A stretch of 63,700 nucleotides of DNA, the filler included, from Licmophora abbreviata (Eukaryota), in the NCBI GenBank assembly GCA_900291995.1. It is 11 parts of 11 records of this genome, joined end to end, with 100 filler letters (N's around TTAATTAATTAA, not from the genome) between each part and the next. Parts side by side here need not be neighbours in the genome. Positions count along the whole stretch, not along the records: positions 45,908 to 51,304 come from OLMU01003027.1; positions 51,405 to 56,803 come from OLMU01003028.1; 9 more parts are not named here. One strand, written 5' to 3'. Below the pieces are notes generated by a model. The model did not search any database, was not told where the DNA came from, and saw nothing but the letters and a program-made list of their open reading frames with translations. This document shows positions 45,926 through 55,559 of the stretch, piece by piece. A program made the translations under genes and the position numbers. Every line of letters starts with the position of its first letter. Position 1 is the stretch's first letter.

Positions 45926-48652
45926 AGAGGTCTCGCATGCCGGAATCGCCTTCAAACGGCCTTTGACCTTGCACTCCATCAAGTCTTGACCTCCCCTCTT
46001 CTGTCCGAAGAGCAACGTCATGATGAAGCGAGCAAGTTTGTTTTGCTTCCAGAAGAAGAAAACCACGACGTGGAAATCTTCTTCACCAAACCCATGCGAA
46101 AGACGAACGTCTTACGAAGTAATCGACCACATGTTGCATTCGCCCCACCACCTGCGCTTCTGATCGGTCGCGAAGTAGATATGTACCGTGTACTCAGAGG
46201 CATACAACGAGAGGAATCGCGTCTCGTGCGAATAGCTGGGGAGCCTAAGGTTGGCACGGAGTCTGTGGCGCAGGCATGCTGCGAGTATCTCAGCCATCGA
46301 AAAAGCACCAACAAGTTTGAAGAAATCGTTTGGCAACCAAGGAAGGACAAGAGCGAATTGTCCCGCTACTTCGTAGACCTGTTCAAGTACTTTCAGGGTG
46401 AATATGATTGCCAAGGTTCGCAAACCCATCTTCAGACCGAGGCGAACAAGGTTTCTCAGCAAGTAGTTGATCTCTTCCGGGCGGACGATTGCAACTCGCT
46501 GCTTGTACTTGACGCGAAAGAGATTCGCTCAAGTAGTGGGATCGAGCAACTCTCATTCTTCATTGAATCTCTTCTTCGCGAGACGAAGAATCTGAAAGTA
46601 GCAGTTTTGCACCGTCCAGATGTCGGAGAGATCGCAACCCGCAAAATGCCTGGTCTTCCAATAGACATTCAAATTGGAAGGCTGGACCTGAAAAGCTCGG
46701 CTATGCTCTTTGCGCTGTGCTGTCCCCACATTGAAAAGGCCGTTTGTCCTCACGCGGCTACGCCTGGCGACTTCTCTAAACTTATGGTTGGGGCATACCA
46801 AGGTGGGCCCATGTCAACTCTTACAAATGACATTTATGAGCGACTAGGCGCGGGCATTCCAGGGCAAGTGAGAGAACAAGCGCGCAGAATGAAACTAACC
46901 GATTTCAAAAAGCTCATTAACCTGGCTGATTTTCAGCGCTTAGCTCGCACAGATGTTCGGAGCAGGGTTGAGTTAGAAAAAAAGAGCCAGAACATGTCTA
47001 GCGATATTGAGAGGTTTGCCGACGCGGAAGACTTCAGGAGAGCTCAATACCTCCAGACATGTCTTGACGACCTCGACTGTCTCCGAAACAATCTTCCCAC
47101 GTTGAGTGAGCTGAAGATATTGGTCAGCGCTGCCAAGCAAGACATGGAACGAGCCGCTGCATCTTCCAAGTACGACGAGGCTCTTGATATTCAGAGCAGG
47201 CTTGAACAACTCATGGACCAAATGAATAACGAGGAAGCCGCTGAGCGACAGTTCAATGCCGAATGTCGTGACGAAGCGATTCTGAGCGCACCAGATCGAG
47301 CACAACTGGGCCTATGTCCAGAATGCGAGAACTCCCCTGTGCAACTCTACGAAATTAGACCGAGCCCTGTACATCCTCAAATATTCACCACAACACCTCT
47401 CACGACTCCTGGTGAGTGTTCTAACGGAGTTTGTTTGATTTGTCATCCAGAACCAGTCCAAGATAGCATGGAAGGGCCAATCCATCCGGCTCCGGCTTCC
47501 GTCGGAAATAACATTGAGCCAGCGTGGATCGCAAACGATGTTAATGGCCCCTCTCTAAGGTTTGAATCAAACCAGGGCAGTCAGCATCACGTGCAACCCA
47601 GCTCCAATGAGTTAACGACGACAATTGGTTTCGTATTGGTACCAGAAATGAGAATGCCCGCCAAGGACTTCTTAACAGTACCGAACGATAGGCTTGCTTT
47701 GGCACTCCCAATCGACGCTAAACCCACGGCACGAACTATTGTCAAAGATCAACGCACGAGCACACCGACCGGCTCCCCCAACGTGAAGTCATTGCGCGCC
47801 CCAATGCCTGTACTATTGCCGAGGGAGGCAGACAGCAGCGTATGTCGTCCGTCGACCCCTCCGGAGTGTGAAGGAATTTCCGTTGCCACAAGGGAGCTAC
47901 GAACAAATCGAGGGACTGAATTTCGCCGACATGTCCGTGGCTCGTTCGATGGCGAAGTAGATGATCGAGAAGACAAGCCCCCCACCAAGACTACTGTTTC
48001 GGATGATTTTTCATCTACTCTCACTTCAGCGTTGAAACGGGAAACAAATCGCAACCCGTCGACAGTGTTGGAGAAATCTGCCGTCTATGGATTCTCCGGA
48101 CCTAACAGGAAGCGATCCATGGAACAGACTCCGCTTAGACTGCCCGATCAGTCGGCGTCAGACAAAATAGCCGAAGAAAATTCGACTGGTGCTCGGTACG
48201 ACAAGCCTCAAAGAAGTCATGTAGCTGAACCCGGACGCCTTGCGAGTGACGAAGTGAGTGCAATTAGCTGGGAATCTGAGGGCACTCCAGTACCACGGGC
48301 AGCAACTGAGGGCGGTGCGGCAGCTGTTTCTACTGATCCGACATCCCAACCCGGAGTTGTTCGTGTTGGAGGGGCTCCAGTACCACGGGCAGCAACCGAG
48401 GGCGGTGCGGCAGCTGTTTCTACTGATCCGACACACCAACCCGGAGCTGTTCGTGTTGGAGGGGGCAGTTTTGCCGTACAAGAAGACGGCGAGGCAACTG
48501 ATGGCTTGATATCTAGCGATCAAGTCAACCGACTCGTCGACACGGCCTTGGCCAACCATTTTTCTACCGCGCTCGTAGCAGAAGTGGTCCCGCGACGTCG
48601 CCGGAAAAGAGGTTTTCGTTGGTTGATGAGACGCGGTCAAAAGAAAAAATGA
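45926..48652 (+). CDS. CHAT-like C-terminal segment + degenerate STAND/NB-ARC-like NTPase + UVR-like helical hairpins + Cys cluster (5' end lost in gap)
   Basis: After the probable acceptor AG at 45924-45925: RGLACRNRLQTAFDLA..KFVLLP. Then LIGREVDMYRVL..LVRIAGEPKVGTES, LLVLD, AASSKYDEALDIQSRL and CPEC...CSNGVCLICHP. Confidence 0.6.
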   Translation, partial: RGLACRNRLQTAFDLALHQVLTSPLLSEEQRHDEASKFVLLPEEENHDVEIFFTKPMRKTNVLRSNRPHVAFAPPPALLIGREVDMYRVLRGIQREESRLVRIAGEPKVGTESVAQACCEYLSHRKSTNKFEEIVWQPRKDKSELSRYFVDLFKYFQGEYDCQGSQTHLQTEANKVSQQVVDLFRADDCNSLLVLDAKEIRSSSGIEQLSFFIESLLRETKNLKVAVLHRPDVGEIATRKMPGLPIDIQIGRLDLKSSAMLFALCCPHIEKAVCPHAATPGDFSKLMVGAYQGGPMSTLTNDIYERLGAGIPGQVREQARRMKLTDFKKLINLADFQRLARTDVRSRVELEKKSQNMSSDIERFADAEDFRRAQYLQTCLDDLDCLRNNLPTLSELKILVSAAKQDMERAAASSKYDEALDIQSRLEQLMDQMNNEEAAERQFNAECRDEAILSAPDRAQLGLCPECENSPVQLYEIRPSPVHPQIFTTTPLTTPGECSNGVCLICHPEPVQDSMEGPIHPAPASVGNNIEPAWIANDVNGPSLRFESNQGSQHHVQPSSNELTTTIGFVLVPEMRMPAKDFLTVPNDRLALALPIDAKPTARTIVKDQRTSTPTGSPNVKSLRAPMPVLLPREADSSVCRPSTPPECEGISVATRELRTNRGTEFRRHVRGSFDGEVDDREDKPPTKTTVSDDFSSTLTSALKRETNRNPSTVLEKSAVYGFSGPNRKRSMEQTPLRLPDQSASDKIAEENSTGARYDKPQRSHVAEPGRLASDEVSAISWESEGTPVPRAATEGGAAAVSTDPTSQPGVVRVGGAPVPRAATEGGAAAVSTDPTHQPGAVRVGGGSFAVQEDGEATDGLISSDQVNRLVDTALANHFSTALVAEVVPRRRRKRGFRWLMRRGQKKK
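48285..48464 (+). repeat. Two-copy 90-bp (30-aa) near-perfect tandem repeat inside the CDS
   Basis: Units begin ctccagtaccacgggcagcaac at 48285 and 48375, encoding PVPRAATEGGAAAVSTDPT(S/H)QPG(V/A)VRVGG twice. Confidence 0.95.
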
Positions 48653-49096
48653 CGAGAGTGAAATGCGGCTGTTGTAAATTTGTTATTAGTGAAGTTTGAA
48701 GTCGCATTTTCGGTATGCACGCATACCCTTATCACTGAACTTGACTGGAAGCTAACAATCCTATGTCGAAGCAAACCGCCGCGAGAGCAACTGCGATTAC
48801 CAATCACGCGTCATATCATGTTCTCAAACTCTTTTCTTCGTCTCATCGGCGTCCTCGTTGTCCCCAGGAGCACATTGCTCCTGGTTGTCCCGCATCATCA
48901 CCCGGCGCGGCACCACGCGCGCCGCGTCGCCGCGCTCGTTGTGATGATGAGAGTTTGTCGTGGATGATGGCGGACGATGGGCGAAACACAAAAGAGCACA
49001 GCTCAGCATCGCCGTTGACGACTGCACACAGAGTGTCATGGCGGTCGGCGTTTTCGGGGATCCTGTTCTGTTCAGGGTTAGGAGTGTCCTCTAACG

Positions 49097-50341
49097 ATGG
49101 CATCTAACAATGCGAGCGGAAGCGTCATAGATTTGGTGTCGTCGTCGTCGGAGGAGGATGATGATGGCATCGAAGTAATTGCATCAGTACCGAAGCGCCG
49201 CATCGCACCAGACTCCCATAACGGTGAAGAAGAACGAGCAGCGAAGAAGACTGCCACTAGTCCCAATGAAGAAGCCGGCGAAACGGAACAGAGGAAGGCT
49301 CACAGTCGAGCTTCTGGACCTTACAATTGTGCCCAACTTCCTGGTATACCCTTTCTCAATTCCGATGGCGGCGACACAGCCACTGTGACGGATGGCATCA
49401 TACCAGCGCTCCGAGCCAGTCTTCCTGAGACGGCCATCGTTTGCACGGTAGACTCCACCCGTTTCATTCAACAGAGCGACAATTGGACTTGTGGATTCCG
49501 GAATGCACAAATGCTCTTGAGCGCGTTGCTTCCAATGATGCTCTCGTCGAATGGCATGATGGGGGACCATGCGTATTTCGCCAGTGTCCCCGCGTCGCTA
49601 CAGCCCTGTGCTGGCCCTCCTCCTCGGTTGGTACCGATACCATCCTTATTACAACTGCAGTCATTTATCGAAGAATCCTGGAAGGACGGATTTGATGCGA
49701 GCGGTGCGCGGCACTACAACAACAAGCTTGTGGGGAGCAAAGCGTGGATTGGCGCGGTGGAGGTGTCGACGATGCTTGCCTACCTTCGAGTCGATTCCGT
49801 CGTCGTGCAGTTTATCAAATGCCGTTCGTCTCGAATCTTACTTGGGCCATTTGTCTGGAACTACTTTCGAGGAGCCTCATCGAAAGCAGCCTCAGACTGT
49901 CAAAGGTGCAAACCTCGATCCTCTGATGCGCAGGCACGCGATCTGTTGGCCTTCGGTGTGGTTACGTGCAATGACGCTGCCTCCCACCGGCATAATTGCA
50001 AGTGCGCGGTGCTTCCGCTGTATCTTCAATGGAAAGGGCACTCAGTGACGATTATTGGGGTGCAAAAGATGTCATCGGAAAATGTCGTGCCTGTCGAGCT
50101 CGACCTCCTCGTATTTGATCCTCGGAACGATGGTCTCGAGCTCCGACGGAAGCTCCGGGCAAGCGGGATGGTCCCCCCTGTCATGCGCCTACCTGCGAAG
50201 CGTCTACTTCAGAATGACTGTCAAGTTGTCATGACTTCTAGAAGATCATTGTCAGAAGCGGAACGAAACCAACGCCGGTGTGAAGTCAATGCGGTGACGG
50301 CGTCTCGCTCGGAGGTAATGAAAACTAGAGATCGATCCTAG
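49097..50341 (+). CDS. Peptidase C78, ZUP1/ZUFSP/Mug105-like deubiquitinase
   Basis: DNWTCGFRNAQMLLS (catalytic Cys), IEESWKDGFD, WIGAVE, LYLQWKGHSVTIIG, LLVFDP; N-terminal SIM-like VIDL. Confidence 0.85.
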   Translation: MASNNASGSVIDLVSSSSEEDDDGIEVIASVPKRRIAPDSHNGEEERAAKKTATSPNEEAGETEQRKAHSRASGPYNCAQLPGIPFLNSDGGDTATVTDGIIPALRASLPETAIVCTVDSTRFIQQSDNWTCGFRNAQMLLSALLPMMLSSNGMMGDHAYFASVPASLQPCAGPPPRLVPIPSLLQLQSFIEESWKDGFDASGARHYNNKLVGSKAWIGAVEVSTMLAYLRVDSVVVQFIKCRSSRILLGPFVWNYFRGASSKAASDCQRCKPRSSDAQARDLLAFGVVTCNDAASHRHNCKCAVLPLYLQWKGHSVTIIGVQKMSSENVVPVELDLLVFDPRNDGLELRRKLRASGMVPPVMRLPAKRLLQNDCQVVMTSRRSLSEAERNQRRCEVNAVTASRSEVMKTRDRS

Positions 50342-50519
50342 AGAGAGCTGTGTGTTCATTCAGAATACCTACATATTATGCAATTGTGTTTCGATTGTTC
50401 CATCACTATACATGATGGAGATATCATCCGCGACGTTCCCAGACTATCACGCTCTCTACGACTCGATGTTTTTTCTAGTGTACCAGTATGCCACTTCCAA
50501 CTGCCCCAAGACGACCGAC

Positions 50520-51206
50520 TCATGCATAGGCAAAGACATACTCTGGCTCGGCCCCACAGGAGTCGATATCCTCAACTGCGTCCTTGAAGCTTTCCAAGAG
50601 AGCGAGAATACCAGGACGTGTGAACTCTGCATCGATTCCGAGCTCGTCGTCCGAATGAACCAAGAGATCCTTCCATAGCAAGCCAATCTGACGGACCATG
50701 CGAAACTCGCGAAACGCCCCATCGACCTGGTGATTGTAGAGCCAGGAATCATGCAAAAGCAGAGTGCTAGTGAACTCTAGCAAAATATCGAGTTTTTCGG
50801 AATACGATCGTGCATGCTCGTGAAAGTCGCGCCAGAAGTCTTGTTCGTACACTTCCAAGACGCGTGTCGCGAACTCTTGCGTATAGGTATGAAAGGAATT
50901 TCCGTTTTCTTCTGCTTCATCTCCCAGCAGCAACGTTTCAAAGTAGTGACGATTGACTTGACGGTTCTTGGTCAGGATGATGAGCCGGATCTGGTCGACT
51001 TCCTCTTGAGTAAGCATCGCCGTCAAATCTCCATCGCCGCCGTCATTGGTGTGGAGATCGTCTTCAATACCATGCACAACAAAGTAGTCATTGGCGCCTT
51101 GATCGTCCATCAGACGGTTCACACTCTTCATCAGACGATCGTAAGGAGTCAATGGAGCGACTTTCAGCTCGGGAGGAGACGGAGGGTCGCAAACAAGCTG
51201 CGCCAT
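50520..51206 (-). CDS. Conserved-looking hypothetical protein
   Basis: ATG-initiated 228-aa ORF of globular composition with a WKDLL..SDDELGIDAEFTRPG motif; no function assignable. Confidence 0.65.
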   Translation of the reverse strand: MAQLVCDPPSPPELKVAPLTPYDRLMKSVNRLMDDQGANDYFVVHGIEDDLHTNDGGDGDLTAMLTQEEVDQIRLIILTKNRQVNRHYFETLLLGDEAEENGNSFHTYTQEFATRVLEVYEQDFWRDFHEHARSYSEKLDILLEFTSTLLLHDSWLYNHQVDGAFREFRMVRQIGLLWKDLLVHSDDELGIDAEFTRPGILALLESFKDAVEDIDSCGAEPEYVFAYA

Positions 51207-51421
51207 GGTGACAGCAATGACGCGATGTTCTAAAAGTCCATGTCCAATGTAGTCGCTCGCGACTCGACTGACTCGCCTTGATGTTCTGTTCGCGCGGGAC
51301 TGAGNNNNNNNNNNNNNNNNNNNNNNNNNNNNNNNNNNNNNNNNNNNNTTAATTAATTAANNNNNNNNNNNNNNNNNNNNNNNNNNNNNNNNNNNNNNNN
51401 NNNNGCGGGCTCTGTGATGTG

Positions 51422-51434
51422 GGCGCGCCAAAAA
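51422..51434. promoter_or_regulatory. E2F-like site about 90 bp upstream of NEDD1
   Basis: GGCGCGCCAAAAA; motif match only. Confidence 0.4.
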
Positions 51435-51515
51435 TTTCGAGGATCCGCGGCGTCCTTGGTCCTTGGCACAGCACATTGACGAAGGGAGAAGCGCAATCAT
51501 CGCCTCGTGGTTGCC

Positions 51516-53030
51516 ATGTCTTCTCAGCAACAGCACCTTTCCATTGCACATGGAACAACAGTGACCACATGGGACTGTCGAAATGAGAGTAATGGTCTTT
51601 CATTCCAGCCCCAAGAAGCGAGATCGGTGCCGATTTCCGGCATCGCTTGGCAGCATGCTGGAAAAGGTATGACCTGTGTGCGGAATCTGATGAAACCTTG
51701 CATTTCTCTCGTTGATAGCCCACAGCTTACCAGCATTCTGTCCCTACCTTATTTTAGTACTGGCGACGTCTTTGGGAAGTCGCGATCAGCGCGCCGACAG
51801 CGTCGTCTTGACATCCATGCAAAGTTTTTCCACCTTGGACTCGTTCCGTCACGACGTGGACCTCACGCATGCGACCGCCTCAACTGAAGGTGGCGCTGCA
51901 AAATCGGTGTCGTTTGGTTTGAAATCCAGATATATCTGTGTTGGCGACGATGGAGGAGCGGTGTGTGTTTGGGATCTCAAGAAGAAGGCTCGCGTACGAC
52001 ACTACTGGCACCGGGGTGAAGCGTGCCTGAAGGTATCATTTGATCCGACAGAACAAGCGTCCGTGTATTCATTAACTTCCAGCGCGCTGAACATATTCCC
52101 ACTGAAAAGGGTTGACTCAGGCAAGGTATTGTCGTGCAGGACGTCCTCCTACACCACCTTCGCCGTGACGTCGCTGGATCCATCGCATGTTGTCTTGGGA
52201 TGCACCGACGGTCGTGTCGATCTATGGGATGTTCCAGAGTCAAAGGTGGCTCGGTCATGGTCACCTCACGCAAGCGCTGTGTCCTCCGCCTCTATTTCCC
52301 CTGCCAATCGCGTCTTGCTGGGGACATCCTCGCTGAACGGATCGGTGGCCTTTTCCGATTCTGATGCAGGGACGACGATAGAGTCCATCCACGTCGGAGA
52401 ACCCGCCACTTGCCTGTCGTTCCATAGCGACGGCATGACTTGCGCCGTTGGGACGCAGGCCGGATATGTACACATATATGACCTCCGACAACCAAGCAGT
52501 GCAGTTGCAACATGGAAAAGTGACAACCGAACGCCCGTCCGAGACGTTGCTTTTGCTCCTCCCGTCTCGGAGGAATTCTTGGGAGACGCGTGCGGAGCGG
52601 CAAACAGTGTCGCCAGTATGACAGCGTCTATCGGCGCGCACGTGCCATCTAATGCGGGAAGCACCGTGGACACATCGAATACAGCTGCGCAGGTAATGAC
52701 AGACGAAGTGAGTATCGCTGTGTTTCTGAACGTCTTTTTCGAGATGATTTCTCTCTTAAAGAAGAACTCATCCTCTCAATGCTTTACCATTCCGCTCCTT
52801 AACAGCATTCAAGAAAAAGAGATCTCGTCTGGGATGAACTAGACACCATGCAAGACGAAGTGCAGCAGTCTCTGCGAAATTTGCACGTTGACATGCTGAG
52901 TAGCTTTCAACGGCAATCGACGGAACTAGGCTCGGTAGTGGCCAAGCAAGCGACAGCGATCGCGAAGCTTGTCAAGGAGAACGAAATTCTCCGCCAAGAG
53001 AACGAGCGACTGAGACTTTCGCTGCGATAA
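51516..53030 (+). CDS. NEDD1: NEDD1/GCP-WD, WD40 gamma-tubulin ring complex targeting factor; 3 exons
   Basis: WD repeats (VCVWDLKK, VDLWDV, HIYDLR); introns 51667-51757 and about 52708-52805 (alternative donor 52693); C-terminal LRNLHVDMLSSFQ plus coiled coil ENE.LRQENERLR. Confidence 0.82.
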
Positions 53031-53147
53031 CATCTAAAAACCAAAGATCTTTCGAAACGATTACATTTATGTATTATCTTGCATCGATCTATCTTGGAAA
53101 CTAGTGAACAGTAGCCGCCTGCTTCAAGGGTTTAGCTGTGTAGTAGC

Positions 53148-55559
53148 TTAACTTGGTGCTGCCGACTTGTCCACCTCAAAGTCCTTGTCTTCCAAGATCA
53201 TGTCATTCAAAGGCTGCCCTGGCGCAACCAAAGGTAAGCACGGCGTTCTTTCGATACGCACGTGGAACAAGACAGGCTCGTCCAGGTAGTCAAATAGGAA
53301 CTCGCGCATCTTCTCTTCCAAGTCTTCCTCGCAATCAACGTACACACTCTTGATACCAAAGGATTTCGCAAGAGTTTGGTAGTCCGGATTTTGGGAGTTG
53401 TGCACAGCCAAATACCGACCGTCGTGGAACAATCGCTGCCAGTACTCTACCATCATCTGACTCTCGTTATCCAGAATCATAATCTTGATCGGAATCTGTT
53501 GTTCCGCAACAGTTTTGAGCTCCGTGAAAGTCATGTTGAAACTTCCGTCTCCATCGATCCCAATCACTTTCTTGGCCCAGTTCGCCAGTTTGGCACCCAT
53601 CGAGTATCCTAAGGAAACTCCCATTGTTCCCAAGGAGCCACTACTAAGCATCTGTCGCGGTTTCGTCCATGTCAACAGCTGCGCAGCAACCATCTGGTGG
53701 ATACCGACGCCGGTCGTAAAGATGGCGTTGTCCATCTCACCGGCTTCCAAGAGCTGTCGATTGAGTTCCGATACCACTCTCTGCGCCGACATGCGTGTCC
53801 GTTGCACTTTCGTCTGCTCGCCATCGGCTGTGACAACATCCACCATCTCGGGCTTGTACGTTGGAATCTTCACGGGAAACTCCGACTGCAGCTCTGTCTT
53901 CTTCTCGAGCCAGTCCGCCGTCTTCGGCTCCGATGGGCTTGCCTTCAACTCCGCGTTCATGGTCTGCAAAAACTTCTTGCCCGTCGAGTGAACAAAATAC
54001 GTAGGCTCAATCTGAGCTGCATTCTCGGAGAGACGAATATCCACATGAATGACGCCTCCGCGTCCTTCCACCGCGGCCTTTCGTGCTTCGGGAATAAAAT
54101 CGCTCGGTCGACCAGTAATACGATCGTCAAAGCGAGAGCCCACGCAAATGATCAAGTCGGAATCTTGTACCATGTAGTTCGGAGTGGGGTGCCCGTGCAT
54201 GCCTAGCATGTTGAGCGCAAGGGGGTGTCTCTCGTCAAAAGCGCCAAGGGCGTGCAGAGTTGTCGTGACGGGAATCTGGAGAGCTTCTGCAAACTCCTTG
54301 AGCTCGTCCGGACAGTCATTGCAGCCCTGTCCGGCAAGAAGGATGGGCTTTTTGGCTCGTTTCACCATGCGTACAATGTCCTTGAGAGTCTCGTCGCCTT
54401 GTTCTAGCTTTCCACCACTGACCGTTCTCTTCGCCTCGCCTGAGACATCCGTGAAGATGATATTATCACTGATGTGGTGGTCCTTGTGATATTCATCATT
54501 CTCGGAAGACGACTTGACAGGCTTGACTTCGAGAATGCCCGAGTCGTCTTTCTGGACTTCAAAGGCGAGACCCTTCTGAGAGTCGCCAAGGTGGAGAGCT
54601 TCAAATATTCCTCCATCCGCACGACGTCTGGGCACCAACCGAGCAAGGGAGTTCGGATTCGAATCCTTGATCAAATTGCTGTTGACAAACGAATCAATTC
54701 CCTCCTTGGAAATAGTCTGGATCTGCAAGTCCTTGGGAAGGTCGATAAAGACAGGCCCCGGTCTGCCATTGCGAGCAATAAAGAACGCATAGTCGATCGC
54801 AAAGGGAATTTCGGCAGCAGACTTGATCTGATAGCTCCACTTGGTACATGGAGTCGTCAAGGCGACGGCGGGAGCAAACTGGAATGCGTCCTTGGGAGCA
54901 GTCGTCGCTGCTTGTCCACAAATGACCACAATGGGCACGCCGTCGCAGATTGCATCCTGAAGCGGCGTAATCAAGTTGGTCACACCAGGCCCGGACGTTG
55001 CAATCGCAACGCCGACAGGAAGCTCTCCATCTGGAGTGAGAGGGGCGCCTTTGGCATATCCCTCGGCGACATGTCCGGCGGAACTTTCGTTCGAATTAGT
55101 AATCCATCTGATAGGCGTCTTGTCAGGATTAGCACTGTGTCGTGGGTGCTCCATGTGAAATTGATCGAGGACGGGGAGGACAGCTCCACCCGAGTATCCA
55201 TTGACCACAGTGGTACCGAGTTCTTGCAGCTTCGTATACAGGGCCGCTGCGCCAGTCTGTCCCTCATACTGAGACAGGTAGTCTGCAGACGAAGAACGAG
55301 CAGAGTCGATCGAGGCCTTGATTTCTTCGGCCGACATTGTGAGAATTTCCGTAAATTCATCCGGAATGGTTAAACCGTCGAGTCCGTTCACCTGTTCCTT
55401 CTTTACAGTAGTACTGGCCAGGGAAAATTCTCTTGTCTGCCCTGAAGTGGTCCTCTTGGTAATCGCTGCAATTCCGAAGCCGGGCCGCGAGGGCACCGGC
55501 GCGAAAGCCGCTGCCGATCCTGACAGGACGAGAAGAAGAGCTGCCGACGAGAATCTCAT
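53148..55559 (-). CDS. ilvB: Acetolactate synthase (AHAS) catalytic subunit, plastid-targeted
   Basis: SAAA-FAP bipartite motif; GYSGGAVLP, ATSGPGVTN, GRPGPVFIDLPKD, MLGMHG, RFDDRITG; ThDP motif GDGSFNM...LDN. Confidence 0.95.
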   Translation of the reverse strand: MRFSSAALLLVLSGSAAAFAPVPSRPGFGIAAITKRTTSGQTREFSLASTTVKKEQVNGLDGLTIPDEFTEILTMSAEEIKASIDSARSSSADYLSQYEGQTGAAALYTKLQELGTTVVNGYSGGAVLPVLDQFHMEHPRHSANPDKTPIRWITNSNESSAGHVAEGYAKGAPLTPDGELPVGVAIATSGPGVTNLITPLQDAICDGVPIVVICGQAATTAPKDAFQFAPAVALTTPCTKWSYQIKSAAEIPFAIDYAFFIARNGRPGPVFIDLPKDLQIQTISKEGIDSFVNSNLIKDSNPNSLARLVPRRRADGGIFEALHLGDSQKGLAFEVQKDDSGILEVKPVKSSSENDEYHKDHHISDNIIFTDVSGEAKRTVSGGKLEQGDETLKDIVRMVKRAKKPILLAGQGCNDCPDELKEFAEALQIPVTTTLHALGAFDERHPLALNMLGMHGHPTPNYMVQDSDLIICVGSRFDDRITGRPSDFIPEARKAAVEGRGGVIHVDIRLSENAAQIEPTYFVHSTGKKFLQTMNAELKASPSEPKTADWLEKKTELQSEFPVKIPTYKPEMVDVVTADGEQTKVQRTRMSAQRVVSELNRQLLEAGEMDNAIFTTGVGIHQMVAAQLLTWTKPRQMLSSGSLGTMGVSLGYSMGAKLANWAKKVIGIDGDGSFNMTFTELKTVAEQQIPIKIMILDNESQMMVEYWQRLFHDGRYLAVHNSQNPDYQTLAKSFGIKSVYVDCEEDLEEKMREFLFDYLDEPVLFHVRIERTPCLPLVAPGQPLNDMILEDKDFEVDKSAAPS

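Noticed and set aside
48680..49107. Short ORFs between the STAND-like and C78 genes
   Set aside because: They are overlapping low-complexity ORFs with no motif and are probably UTR or promoter sequence.
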